This document shows positions 1-10,100 of a stretch of 64,000 bases of DNA, piece after piece; the stretch's first letter is position 1, and each line of letters starts with the position of its first letter. The notes under the pieces were generated by a model, which worked only from the letters and a program-made list of their open reading frames with translations, was not told where the DNA came from and searched no databases. Position numbers and translations under genes: made by a program. The stretch lies in NCBI GenBank assembly GCA_031414955.1, contig JANOQV010000137.1, positions 1 through 64,000 of the forward strand, written 5' to 3'. Origin of the DNA: Pedosphaera sp. GTDB taxonomy: Bacteria; Verrucomicrobiota; Verrucomicrobiia; Limisphaerales; SIBH01.

Positions 1-2
1 TC

Positions 3-563
3 GACGGCGACAACCGGCTGCTCTGGCGGCAGAACCGTCAGAGGCTCGACGCGGATTCGTTCCGCGACTTCACGCTCGCGGCTTCCGGCGCGCTCGATCT
101 GAAGATGGGCGGTCCGGCCATCCAGCATTTCAAGCAGAGCAAAGGTCCGCAGAACACACCGGCTCTGGATTACGCGACCTACGATTGGGCGAAGCCGGAG
201 GCGAACCGGCGCAGCGTCTACCGCTACGTCTGGCGCGGCATTGCGGACCCATTCATGGAGGCGCTCGATTTCCCCGACCTCGGTCTGCTCACGCCAGTGC
301 GCGGTTTCTCCGTGTCGTCGCTGCAAGCGCTCACGCTCTACAACAACGACTTCGTACTGCACCACAGCGAGGTTCTGGCGAAGCGCGTGGAACGCGAGGC
401 AACGACGCTGGAGGCGCAGGTCAACCGCGCGTTGCAACTCCTCTGGCTGCGTGAGCCGAAGGACGAGGAACGTCGTGAGTTCACCGAGTTCGCCCGCCGC
501 CAAGGCTTGCCCGCGCTCTGCCGGCTGCTGCTGAACAGTAACGAATTCCTTTTCGTGAACTGA
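3..563 (+). CDS. DUF1553 (PSD1) domain protein, 3' part (5' end outside window)
   Basis: Open frame from base 3: DGDNRLLWRQNRQRLDADSFRD..LAASGALDLKMGGP...RRSVY...QALTLYN...LLLNSNEFLFVN, the typical DUF1553 C-terminus. Lies 2 nt before a DUF1501 gene. Confidence 0.9.
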   Translation, partial: DGDNRLLWRQNRQRLDADSFRDFTLAASGALDLKMGGPAIQHFKQSKGPQNTPALDYATYDWAKPEANRRSVYRYVWRGIADPFMEALDFPDLGLLTPVRGFSVSSLQALTLYNNDFVLHHSEVLAKRVEREATTLEAQVNRALQLLWLREPKDEERREFTEFARRQGLPALCRLLLNSNEFLFVN

Positions 564-565
564 CC

Positions 566-1969
566 ATGATCACCAACCCGCTTCACAACCGTCGCGACTT
601 CCTGTGGAAACTGGGCGGAGGTTTCGCTGGTCTCGCGCTGTCAGATTTGTTTGCCCGCGATGCGCTAGCCGCCGGCATCACCCATCATCCGGCGAAGGTG
701 AAGCGCGTCATCCAGCTCTTCATGACTGGCGGCGCGAGCCCGATGGACACGTTCGATTACAAGCCCGCGCTGGAGAAGCTCCACGGCCAGATGCTCGGGC
801 CCAAGGAGAAGCCCGAAGGTTTCACCGCGCCCGCCGGGGCGATGATGAAAAGCCCGTTTCAATTCGCGCAGCACGGGCAAAGCGGGCGCTGGGTGAGCAG
901 CGTCTTTCCCGAGCAGGCCAAACTCGTGGATGAAATGGCGTTCCTCATGGCCATGACCACGAAGACGAACGTTCACGGGCCCGGCACCTACATGATGAAC
1001 AGCGGCTTTCTGCTGCCGGGCTTTCCCTGCATGGGCGCGTGGATTTCCTATGCGCTCGGGAATCTCACGGACAACCTGCCGACCTTCGTCGTGCTGCCGG
1101 ATGCGAAGGGGCTGCCCTACAACCAACGTGGCTGCTTCACGTCCGGGTTCCTTCCCGCCGTGCATCAAGGCACCACAATCAATGCAGCGAGTCCGCGGCC
1201 TGTCCCGGATCTGTTCGCCAGCGAGAAGTTTGCCTTTGCCAAGCGAGAGCATGATGCAGCGAGTCTGGCGTTGTTGAACAAAATGAACCGCGCGCACGCG
1301 GAACAACATCGCGGCGACTCACGACTGGAGGCGCGCATCGCGAGCTACGAACTGGCCGCAAAGATGCAACTCAGCGCGCCCGAAGCGTTCGATGTGATGC
1401 GCGAGCCAGAGTCCGTGCGCAAGAGCTACGGCCTCGACAACAAAGTCACCGAGGACTTCGGGCGCCGCTGCCTGTTGGCGACACGACTGGCCGAGCGTGG
1501 TGTGCGTTTCGTGCAAGTCTGGAGCGGGCCGCAGGGCGCAACCGGCAACTGGGACAACCACGCCAGCATCAAGGACGAACTGCCACCCATGGCCGCCAGC
1601 GTGGACAAGCCCATCGCTGCGTTGCTGCGCGATTTGAAATCTCGCGGCCTCGACAAGGACACACTCGTTATCTGGACCACGGAGTTTGGCCGCACGCCCT
1701 TCGCGCAAGGCTCGGTCGGTCGCGACCACAACGGCGGCAGCTTCGTGACCTGGCTCTGGGGCGCAGGCATCAAGCCCGGCGTTGCGCACGGTCGCAGCGA
1801 TGACTGGGGCTACCAGGCTGCGGAGAATAAGACCTACTGCTACGATCTGCACGCCACCGTGCTGCACCTGTTAGGCATCGATCACGAAAAGCTCACCGTG
1901 CGGCAGAACGGCATCGACCGACGCCTGACGGATGTGCATGGGCACATGGTGGATGCCGTGCTGGCTTGA
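566..1969 (+). CDS. DUF1501 domain protein (Tat-like RRDFL N-terminus)
   Basis: Motifs RRDFL, KRVIQLFMTGGASPMDTFDYKP, WDNH, EFGRTP, GRDHN, DLHATVLHLLGIDHEKLT. Confidence 0.92.
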   Translation: MITNPLHNRRDFLWKLGGGFAGLALSDLFARDALAAGITHHPAKVKRVIQLFMTGGASPMDTFDYKPALEKLHGQMLGPKEKPEGFTAPAGAMMKSPFQFAQHGQSGRWVSSVFPEQAKLVDEMAFLMAMTTKTNVHGPGTYMMNSGFLLPGFPCMGAWISYALGNLTDNLPTFVVLPDAKGLPYNQRGCFTSGFLPAVHQGTTINAASPRPVPDLFASEKFAFAKREHDAASLALLNKMNRAHAEQHRGDSRLEARIASYELAAKMQLSAPEAFDVMREPESVRKSYGLDNKVTEDFGRRCLLATRLAERGVRFVQVWSGPQGATGNWDNHASIKDELPPMAASVDKPIAALLRDLKSRGLDKDTLVIWTTEFGRTPFAQGSVGRDHNGGSFVTWLWGAGIKPGVAHGRSDDWGYQAAENKTYCYDLHATVLHLLGIDHEKLTVRQNGIDRRLTDVHGHMVDAVLA

Positions 1970-2027
1970 AGAACCTGAGACAAGGCATTGAATTGTCAGG
2001 CTGGCCCTTGGTATTTTGCCGCTGAAC

Positions 2028-2276
2028 GTGAACGACGAATTCAAACCGCTGGCCGACGCCATCTACCGCGAACGGGTGCTCCGCGCCCGGAAGACGCCGC
2101 CAGAAGAACGTCTGCTCGACGGCATCCGGCTCTACGATCAAGCGGTGGAGCGGATGCGGCTTGGCGTTCAGATCAATAATCCAGGGGCCTCCCCGGATGA
2201 AGTGGAACGGCTGTTGATCAGTCGCATCAGAAAATCCTGGCGCGTTTCGGATCACGGCTATTACAAGCCTGCCTGA
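2028..2276 (+). CDS. Small helical protein, putative antitoxin/partner of the downstream nucleotidyltransferase
   Basis: ~82 aa (RERVLRARKTPPEERL...RLGVQINNPGASPDEVERLL). Stop is 1 nt before the next ATG. GTG start chosen because TTGAAT-N18-TATTTT lies at 1988-2017; start uncertain. Confidence 0.7.
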   Translation: MNDEFKPLADAIYRERVLRARKTPPEERLLDGIRLYDQAVERMRLGVQINNPGASPDEVERLLISRIRKSWRVSDHGYYKPA

Positions 2277-2277
2277 G

Positions 2278-2844
2278 ATGTTGGAGGATCACGTTCACCT
2301 GATGAGGAAGTTTGCCCAGGCGCTCCAGGCGGCCGACATTCCGCATGTGCTGGTTGGCTCCATGTCGAGCAACGTGCATGGGTTCGCGCGCTCGACCAAG
2401 GACATGGACCTCGTGGTGCAGACCGACCCGGCGGGTCTCGATCGGTTATTCAAGGCGGTGGAAGAATGGTTCGACCTCGATCCGCAGGCCAGCTTCGAGA
2501 CCGTCACCGGAACACTGCGGCACATCCTGGTGGCCAAGGACGGAAAATTTAAGGTCGAAGTATTTCAACTCAGCAACGACCCGCATGATCAGGAACGTTT
2601 TTGTCGCCGCCTGACCGTCGCTTATCCTTCGCTGGAAGCGCGTGTTTCCATCCTGACGGCGGAGGATGTCATCATCACCAAGCTCCGCTGGGCCAGGGCG
2701 AAGGATTTGGAGGACGTCAAGGACGTCATCTCCGTCCAAGGGGCCGACGGCCTCGACTGGAAGCACATCCACCATTGGACTGCCGTTCACGGCACACGCC
2801 AGAAACTTGAAGCCGTCCGCGCCGAGGTTCCGCGCATCGACTAA
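2278..2844 (+). CDS. Pol-beta-superfamily nucleotidyltransferase (putative TA component)
   Basis: VLVGSMSSNVHGFARSTKDMDLVV (G-S...R-x-T-x-D-x-D), plus EDVIITKL and KDLEDV motifs. Confidence 0.8.
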   Translation: MLEDHVHLMRKFAQALQAADIPHVLVGSMSSNVHGFARSTKDMDLVVQTDPAGLDRLFKAVEEWFDLDPQASFETVTGTLRHILVAKDGKFKVEVFQLSNDPHDQERFCRRLTVAYPSLEARVSILTAEDVIITKLRWARAKDLEDVKDVISVQGADGLDWKHIHHWTAVHGTRQKLEAVRAEVPRID

Positions 2845-2857
2845 TTTTCAACAACCC

Positions 2858-4174
2858 ATGTCCCACACCCAACATCCCGTCGAACTCCTGCGCTTCAACA
2901 CTTGTGGCTCCGTCGATGATGGCAAGTCCACGCTCATCGGCCGCCTGCTCTACGACTCGAAGTCGTTGATGGAGGATCAACTGGAGGCACTCCAGATTTC
3001 CGCCGACATTACGGGCGGCGGGCAGATCAATCTCGCCAACCTCACCGACGGTTTGCGGGCCGAGCGCGAACAGGGCATCACCATCGACGTGGCCTACCGC
3101 TACTTCGCCACGCCCAAGCGCAAGTTCATCGTCGCCGACACGCCGGGCCATGTGCAGTACACGCGCAACATGGTCACGGGCGCGAGCACGGCCAACCTTT
3201 CCATCGTGCTGGTCGATGCGCGCCAGGGCGTGATCGAGCAAACGCGGCGGCACACCTACCTCGCGGCCCTGCTCGGCATTCCGCATCTCGTCATCGCAGT
3301 AAACAAGATGGACCTGGTGGATTGGAGCGAGGATCGCTTCCTCGAAATCCGCGACGCCATTGAGGACTTCCTGCCCAAGCTGGACGCGTTCAAAGACGTG
3401 AAGTTTCTCCCGATGAGCGCTCTCAACGGCGATAACGTGGTGGACACTTCCAAGCACACACCGTGGTATTGCGGGCCGAACCTGCTCGGCCATTTGGAGT
3501 CCGTCCACATCGCCAGCGACTGGAACATGAGCGGCTTCCGCTTCCCCGTGCAGTGGGTCAACCGCCCGAACAGTCCCACCGACAAAGCCCTCCATGACTT
3601 CCGTGGCCTGAGCGGACAAGTGTGTGGAGGCATCGTCAAGGTCGGCCAGCCGGTGATGGTGTTGCCCAGCGGCATGAAAAGCACGGTGAAGGAAATCTGG
3701 ACCTATGACGGTCCGCTCCAGGAAGCCTTCTGCCCGCAGAGCGTGACGCTGGTGCTGCAACACGACATCGACGTAAGCCGCGGCGACATGATTATCGCCT
3801 CAGAGAACAGGCCGGGCATGAGCACCGAGTTGGAGGCGCGCGTGTGCTGGATGAATCCCAAGCCCTTGCAGCCGGGCCGGAAGTATTTCCTCAAGCACAC
3901 CACGCAGACCGTGCAGGCCATCGTCACGTCGCTGGACAGCCGCATCAACATCCAGACCTTCGATTCGGAGCCGGCCACGGAGCTGGGCATGAATGACATC
4001 GGCGAGGTCCGGTTGCGCACGGCCAAGCCGCTCGTCTTCGACGGCTACAGCAGCAACCGGCTGACGGGTTCCTTTGTGCTCATCGAACAGGGCACCAACC
4101 ACACCGTGGCCGCCGGCATGTTGCACGCGCCGACGGAACTGGTGAAGCCGGAGTACGATGACTTCACCATCTGA
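2858..4174 (+). CDS. cysN: Sulfate adenylyltransferase subunit 1 (GTPase)
   Basis: LLRFNTCGSVDDGKSTLIGRLL, GLRAEREQGITIDVAYRYF, DTPGH, NKMD. ATG at 2858 follows the NTase stop. No APS-kinase domain. Confidence 0.93.
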   Translation: MSHTQHPVELLRFNTCGSVDDGKSTLIGRLLYDSKSLMEDQLEALQISADITGGGQINLANLTDGLRAEREQGITIDVAYRYFATPKRKFIVADTPGHVQYTRNMVTGASTANLSIVLVDARQGVIEQTRRHTYLAALLGIPHLVIAVNKMDLVDWSEDRFLEIRDAIEDFLPKLDAFKDVKFLPMSALNGDNVVDTSKHTPWYCGPNLLGHLESVHIASDWNMSGFRFPVQWVNRPNSPTDKALHDFRGLSGQVCGGIVKVGQPVMVLPSGMKSTVKEIWTYDGPLQEAFCPQSVTLVLQHDIDVSRGDMIIASENRPGMSTELEARVCWMNPKPLQPGRKYFLKHTTQTVQAIVTSLDSRINIQTFDSEPATELGMNDIGEVRLRTAKPLVFDGYSSNRLTGSFVLIEQGTNHTVAAGMLHAPTELVKPEYDDFTI

Positions 4175-4273
4175 GGGGGGAGAGGTCTGGTCCCGAAGCG
4201 CTCCGCCGATAAACTCCGGCCCCAGGCATTCGCCGGCCGGCCATGCCGTCTGGCTTGCGCCCGGAAGAAAGCG

Positions 4274-4303
4274 TTGAACCACGCGCGCCCGGCTCGCTAT
4301 TTT
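4274..4303 (+). promoter_or_regulatory. Putative sigma70 promoter giving a leaderless mRNA
   Basis: TTGAAC-N18-TATTTT, ending 7 nt before ATG 4311; no Shine-Dalgarno sequence. Confidence 0.5.
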
Positions 4304-4310
4304 CCCGCGC

Positions 4311-5294
4311 ATGAAGCCACTCCCATTGCTTGTCCTGGGCGCATTGTGCCTCGCCGCATTTACTGGCTCACACGCCGCTGAGAATTACACCATTGCCGTC
4401 ATCCCCAAGGGCACCACGCACGAGTTCTGGAAGGCCATCCACGCCGGCGCGATCAAGGCGCAGCAGGAACTCACTGCCGGAGGCGCCAAGGTCGAGATCA
4501 TCTGGAAAGGCCCACTGCGGGAGGACGACCGCGACCAGCAGATTCAAGTGGTCGAGAACTTCATCAGCCGCCGCGTCAGCGGCATCGTGCTCGCGCCGCT
4601 GGACTCGAAGGCGCTAGTGCAGCCGGTCAACACCGCCGCGCGCGCCAAGGTGCCCGTCGTTGTCTTCGACTCCGATTTGCAATCGACGAACTACGTGAGC
4701 TTCGTGGCCACGGACAATTTCAAGGGCGGTCAGCTCGCCGGCGAAGCGATGGCAAAGCTGCTCGGCGGCAAAGGCAACGTCATTCTCCTCCGCTACCAGG
4801 TCGGCTCCGCCAGCACCGAGGCGCGCGAGGCGGGATTCCTTGATGCGCTGAAAAAGTTTCCCGGCATCAAACTCATCTCCAGCGACCAGCGCGGCGGCGC
4901 GACGCGTGAGCTTTGTTATCAGGCCGCGCAGAATGTTCTCAACCGTTACGGCAAGGAAGTGAACGGCATCTTCGGCCCGTGCGAACCGGTGGCCAACGGC
5001 ATCGTCATGGCCCTGCGCAACGCGGGCAAAGCGGGCGGCAAAGTGAAGGTCATCGGCTTCGACGCCGGCACGCAGACCATCGAGGCCATGAAGAAAGGCG
5101 ACGTGCAGGGCATCATCGTCCAGAACCCCGTGCGCATGAGCTATCTCGCCGTCAAAACGATGGTCGAGCACCTGCAAGGCAAGGCCGTCGAGAAACGCAT
5201 CGACACGGGCGTCTATGTCGTCACTCCCGAGAACATGGACACGCCGGAGATGAAGGAACTGCTCTACCCGCCGCTGGAGAAGTATTTGAAGTGA
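4311..5294 (+). CDS. Sugar ABC transporter substrate-binding protein (RbsB family), paralogue 1
   Basis: Signal peptide; IAVIPKGTTHEFW, GIVLAPLD, VATDNFKGG, GFD, IVQNP motifs. Confidence 0.9.
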   Translation: MKPLPLLVLGALCLAAFTGSHAAENYTIAVIPKGTTHEFWKAIHAGAIKAQQELTAGGAKVEIIWKGPLREDDRDQQIQVVENFISRRVSGIVLAPLDSKALVQPVNTAARAKVPVVVFDSDLQSTNYVSFVATDNFKGGQLAGEAMAKLLGGKGNVILLRYQVGSASTEAREAGFLDALKKFPGIKLISSDQRGGATRELCYQAAQNVLNRYGKEVNGIFGPCEPVANGIVMALRNAGKAGGKVKVIGFDAGTQTIEAMKKGDVQGIIVQNPVRMSYLAVKTMVEHLQGKAVEKRIDTGVYVVTPENMDTPEMKELLYPPLEKYLK

Positions 5295-5363
5295 AGCTGG
5301 GTTGCAGATTCCCATTCCGCTACCGGTTCCTAAACCAATCCCACCCGCCGCCGCGGATTTGCG

Positions 5364-6953
5364 TCACGGGCCGACCCACGCACGATAGAAGCGTTTCGGC
5401 AGATTGGTTGCCCCCGGGTCCGTGAACGTGACGGGGTTGCTCAGGATCGTGAGGTTGGAGAGGAACAACCAACTCGAGAGGTTCGTGGATTGCTCGATCC
5501 GGATGACGCTGCCCGTCGTGCCGCTGATCCTGAACTGAAAGGTCTTGTTGGTCAGCACCTTTGGTGAAGCAAAGCCGGGCCGGGCGACGACGGTGAGCAA
5601 CGCAGGGTTGCTGATGACGGCCAGCGCAGCGTTGGTGACGACGACGGTGAAAGTACCGTTGGTGAAGAATTGGGCGTTGGTGATGACCAGCGTGTTGTTG
5701 GTGCCATTGATCACGTTGGTCCCGTTGCGCCGCCATCGATAGGTGATCGGCGGAGCGCCCGTGGCGGTGACGCTGAAGGTGGCATTGCTGCCGATGGCCA
5801 CGAAGGTGTTCGTCGGTTGGGCAGTGATGACGGGTGGCTGGACCTGGTCGCGGATGATGACGGTTCTCGTCGCAGTGCGGGTGGTCCTTCGCTGAAAGCT
5901 GGCAGTGACCGTGGTCGGTGTATCCATGCCGACGAGCGGCGCGGTCATGGTTCCAGTGGCACCGATGGGAATGGGTGTGGCGCTCCACGCGGCGTTCACG
6001 GTGCCGGTGGCTCCGTCGCTCAAGGCAGCGATGGCAAAGAGGTTTGTCACCGTGCCTTCGATGATGTTGGTCGGTCCAAAGATTACGAGGTTGGTGAGGT
6101 AGGAAAAGGTGTTGGTGTTGGGGAGCGGTTCGATGCCCACCACGCCGTCGTTGTAGGGAAAGAAAATCACCGGCACGCTGGAGAACATCTTGGTGCGATC
6201 AATCTGCGCCCATTTGATACCGACCTGCTCCTCCAACACGGCGTAAATGTGGAATTGCAATCCTTCCTGCCCGAATTCGCCGGTTGAAATCGGGCACGTC
6301 ACGTTGCTGCTGGCAAGCAGCGTAAACGTGGCCGTGGCATTGGAAACAATGCCGGAGTTGATCAGGACCGGGCCTTGAACATTTTCATTGAAGATAGGAT
6401 TCGGCGGCTGGTTCGTGTCGTGGAAGTACGTCTGCGTCGTGAAAAAACGCACTCGCAAGGGACCGGATGCAGAGGAGGAGCGATTGCTGACGACAAGGTT
6501 CGCCCCGAGGACGGTGGGAGTATCCTTGTTTGGCACCGCCGGGATGGTTACGAAATTGCTGACACCGTAGAATCCCAGTCCGCTTCCCACGACGGAGATA
6601 TTGACCGCGGAAGTGACATTGCTGACGGAGCTATCCTTGACGGAAGCGCGCAACGCGTGACTGCCGATGGGAGGATCCACCCAGATGAAGTTCATCGAGT
6701 AATTCGCCACGTTGAACGGGCGGAAGAACAACAGGGTGTTCCCGTTATAGATGTAGATACGGCTGTCGCTGCCCACGGCGCCGGTTGTGGAAGCCGTCAT
6801 CGAGAGCGAAGCTGGATTGGTGTAAACCTGCCCGTTGCTCACGCCGACGAGGGTGATCGTTGCGGCGGCGGCACGAGTGCCGACGAGAAACCCACCCACC
6901 ATCGTGACGACAACGAGAATAGTCAGCCAACGAAACGCAAAGCGATTTTTCAT
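5364..6953 (-). CDS. Secreted immunoglobulin-domain protein with C-terminal ...STNL..W...FTD...RFYR domain
   Basis: Signal peptide; Ig repeat PPVITAQP...ATFSVTATG..PITYRW.RNG; C-terminus IEQSTNLSSW...FTDPGATNLPKRFYRA. Confidence 0.8.
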   Translation of the reverse strand: MKNRFAFRWLTILVVVTMVGGFLVGTRAAAATITLVGVSNGQVYTNPASLSMTASTTGAVGSDSRIYIYNGNTLLFFRPFNVANYSMNFIWVDPPIGSHALRASVKDSSVSNVTSAVNISVVGSGLGFYGVSNFVTIPAVPNKDTPTVLGANLVVSNRSSSASGPLRVRFFTTQTYFHDTNQPPNPIFNENVQGPVLINSGIVSNATATFTLLASSNVTCPISTGEFGQEGLQFHIYAVLEEQVGIKWAQIDRTKMFSSVPVIFFPYNDGVVGIEPLPNTNTFSYLTNLVIFGPTNIIEGTVTNLFAIAALSDGATGTVNAAWSATPIPIGATGTMTAPLVGMDTPTTVTASFQRRTTRTATRTVIIRDQVQPPVITAQPTNTFVAIGSNATFSVTATGAPPITYRWRRNGTNVINGTNNTLVITNAQFFTNGTFTVVVTNAALAVISNPALLTVVARPGFASPKVLTNKTFQFRISGTTGSVIRIEQSTNLSSWLFLSNLTILSNPVTFTDPGATNLPKRFYRAWVGP

Positions 6954-7110
6954 GAGTGCTTGAGAAGTTTTTCAAACTCGATCCGGGAAGCCATCCTAGT
7001 CCGCTCTCCTGAGCGAGATAGTATTAAAATCACCTTTTCATTCAAGTCGCATAACCGGGATGGAATTTTCCGTTGTATTGAACGGTGAATCTCTCAGACT
7101 TCGCCCGAGC

Positions 7111-10100
7111 ATGAATCCGCTTGGCGCTCTCCAAGAAATGACCCGTGCAGCGAGTTCCACAGTGCTCGGCACAAGATCGCGGCTCTTTCGGCGCTGGTTT
7201 AGCGTCGTCGGGCTGCTCGCGCTTTCCACGATTCTTCCCGCCAACGCGCAGACCAAATCGCCCGCGGGCGTGCTTCTGTCCCGGCAGGGTCCGGTGGAAT
7301 TCGCGGCCGCGGCGCGCTCCAACTGGATTTCACCCACCAATGCGCAGCGATTAGTTGCGCAGGATCGACTGCGCACGCTGGCCCTCGCCCAGGCCGCGGT
7401 GGAGATGCAGGATCTTTCCATCGTCCGCCTCAAGGAATGGACCACGCTTGAAATGCTCGCCCCACGCGAGGCTTCCGCGAAGGCAGAGTTCAGCCTCAAA
7501 GTTGGCGCGGCCTATTTCCTGCATCGCAATGAACCCAGGCAGATTGGCGTCGAGACGCCTGCAGTCCGTGCCGGCATCGACGGCACGGAGTTTCATCTGC
7601 TCGTCGAAGCCGACGGACGCACGACGCTCACGCTGATTGACGGCCGGGTCACGCTCTCGAATCCTTTCGGCACGTTGCAGCTCGTCAGCGGTGAGCAGGC
7701 CGTGACCGTGCCCGGCCAGGCTCCGGTGAAGACCGCTCGCATCGATGCCCGCAACATCATCCAATGGTGCATCTACTACCCCGGAGTGCTGGACCCCGAT
7801 GAACTCGGCTGGTCGGCCGCCGAGACGGCGGCGCTGGCGACGTCTCTTTCCGCCTATCGCAATGGAGATCTTCTGCAAGCCTCCGCCACCTATCCCGAGG
7901 CGAGGCTGGTCCAGCCGCGTTCGCCCGCAGAACGAGCCTTCCATCTGGGGCTGCAACTTTCCTCCGGTCGCGTCACGAATTACACGGATTTCGTGGCCCA
8001 ACTTTCCGCCCTCGAACCCAACCCTCTGGCGAGCGCACTGCGGACGCTGGTCGCCGCGGTCAATTCTGAGACCAACTTCGTCCAGCCCACAGCAACGAAC
8101 GCCAGCCAGTTGCTCGCAAACTCCTACCTGCGCCAGTCGCGTTACCAGCTTGCTGACGCCCTCAAAGACGCGCGGGCCGCCGTGCTGCGCGCGCCGAACT
8201 TCGGCTTCGCCTGGGCACGCGTGGCGGAATTGGAATTCAGCCTCGGCCGGTTGCCGCGCGCGGAGGAGGCTTTGAAGGAGGCGCTCCGCCTCGCGCCTCG
8301 CAACGCACAGTCGCACGCGCTCAACGGCTTTTTTCTTTTGAGCCGCGATCAGCTCGACGAAGCGTTGAAGGCTTTTGACGCGACCATCACCATTGACATG
8401 CGCCTCGGCAACGCCTGGCTAGGGCGCGGCCTGGCGCTGCTCCGCCAGCGGCGCGCGACGGAAGGACTGCAAGCCATCGAGCAAGCTGCCGCCATGGAAC
8501 CGAACCGCTGGTTGCTGCGCAGCTATCTCGGCAAAGCTTTTTCGCTCGCCGCGGATGCGCGGCAGCCGGATGAGAAGCGAGCGCGCTTCCTGATGCTCGC
8601 CGAGGAGGAACTCGATCTGGCCAAACGCCAGGATCCGCTCGATCCCACGCCGTGGCTTTACTCCGCGCTGTTGCACGAGCAGGAAAATCGCACGGTCGAA
8701 GCCGTGCGGGATCTCGAAAAATCCGTGGCGTTGAACGACAACCGCCAGGTCTTTCGCTCCCGCCTGTTGCTGGATGAAGACCGCGCCGTGCGCAACGCGA
8801 ACCTCGCGCGCGTTTATCAGCGCGCCGGCCTGCTCGAATTGAGCCTGCAACAAGCCGCGCGCGCCGTGACGGAGAACTACGCGGACTACAACCCGCATCG
8901 TTTCCTGGCCGACAGCTACAACGCGTTGCGCGATCCCAAACGCGTGAACCTGCGCGACGAAGCCATCTGGTCCAGCGAGACGCTCATCGCCAACCTGCTC
9001 GGCGCGGGCGGCGGCGGCTCGCTCTCGCGCTTCGTGTCCGAGCAGGAATACTCCACGCAGTTTCGCGAGACCGGCACGGGACTTTTCAACGCAACCGAAT
9101 ACGGGAGCAACGGCGACTGGCGCGAGACCGCCTCGCAGTTCGGGACGTTCGACAAATTCTCCTACGCATTCGACGTCGAGTATCAACACGTCAATGGCGA
9201 TCAACCCAACACCGATCTCGACCGCCTCGAATGGTTTACCCAGGCCAAATTCAAGCTCAGCCGCGATGATTCCATTTTTGTGCAGACGAAGTATCAGGAT
9301 CTGAGTTCCGGCGATGTGATTCAATACTACGACCCGACCCAGGCGCGGAAAGACCTCCGCTTTTCCGAAAAGCAGGAGCCGCTGGTTTTCGCGGGCTACC
9401 AGCATCAGTGGGCCGAGGGCATTCAAACCCTTTTCCTTGCTGGCCGTCTCGTGAACGATCTCCGTTACCGCGACCTCGAAGTGAACGAATACGTTTTCAT
9501 TCGCGACGCGGCTGCCGCCCCCGTGATTGCCGTCGATACCACACGCTACGATCTCGATTATGAAAATCGTTTCGAAACCTACACCGTTGAGTTGAATCAA
9601 ATGCTAAAGTTCGATCGGCAGACGTTCATCGCGGGAGCGCGTTACCAGAATGGTTCTTACGAGACCGCCAATCAGATCACCGATGTGCTGGGCGCGGGTG
9701 CGGCCTTGGAGCCTTCACCGTCGGGCGATCAGAATTCCTCGATGGAACGCATCGCCACTTATCTCTACGACACGGTGGAAGTGCTGCCGCAGTGCTATCT
9801 CACGGCGGGAGTTTCTTACGATCGCCTGCGCTATCCCGAGAACCTGCGCAACACGCCTGTATCCGTCGGCGAAACCGAACGGGACCAAATCTCTCCCAAA
9901 GCCGGCCTGCAATGGACGCCCTTCTCACGAGTCACGCTCCGCGCAGCCTACGCGCAATCGCTCACGGGCGTGAGTTTCGAGGACAGCGTGCGTCTCGAAC
10001 CGACGCAACTCGCGGGCTTCATCCAGTCCTTCCGCAACATTGTTCCCGAGTCGCTCGCGGGTTCAATCTCCGGCGGCCGGCATGAGACCGTGGGACTCGC

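Noticed and set aside
2666..2857. N-terminal extensions in the ORF track (cysN from 2666, binding protein from 12512, sulfatase from 18875, 31281, 32490, 36314, toxin from 60598)
   Set aside because: They overlap neighbouring genes or look non-protein-like; family homology, signal peptides or promoter motifs point to later starts.
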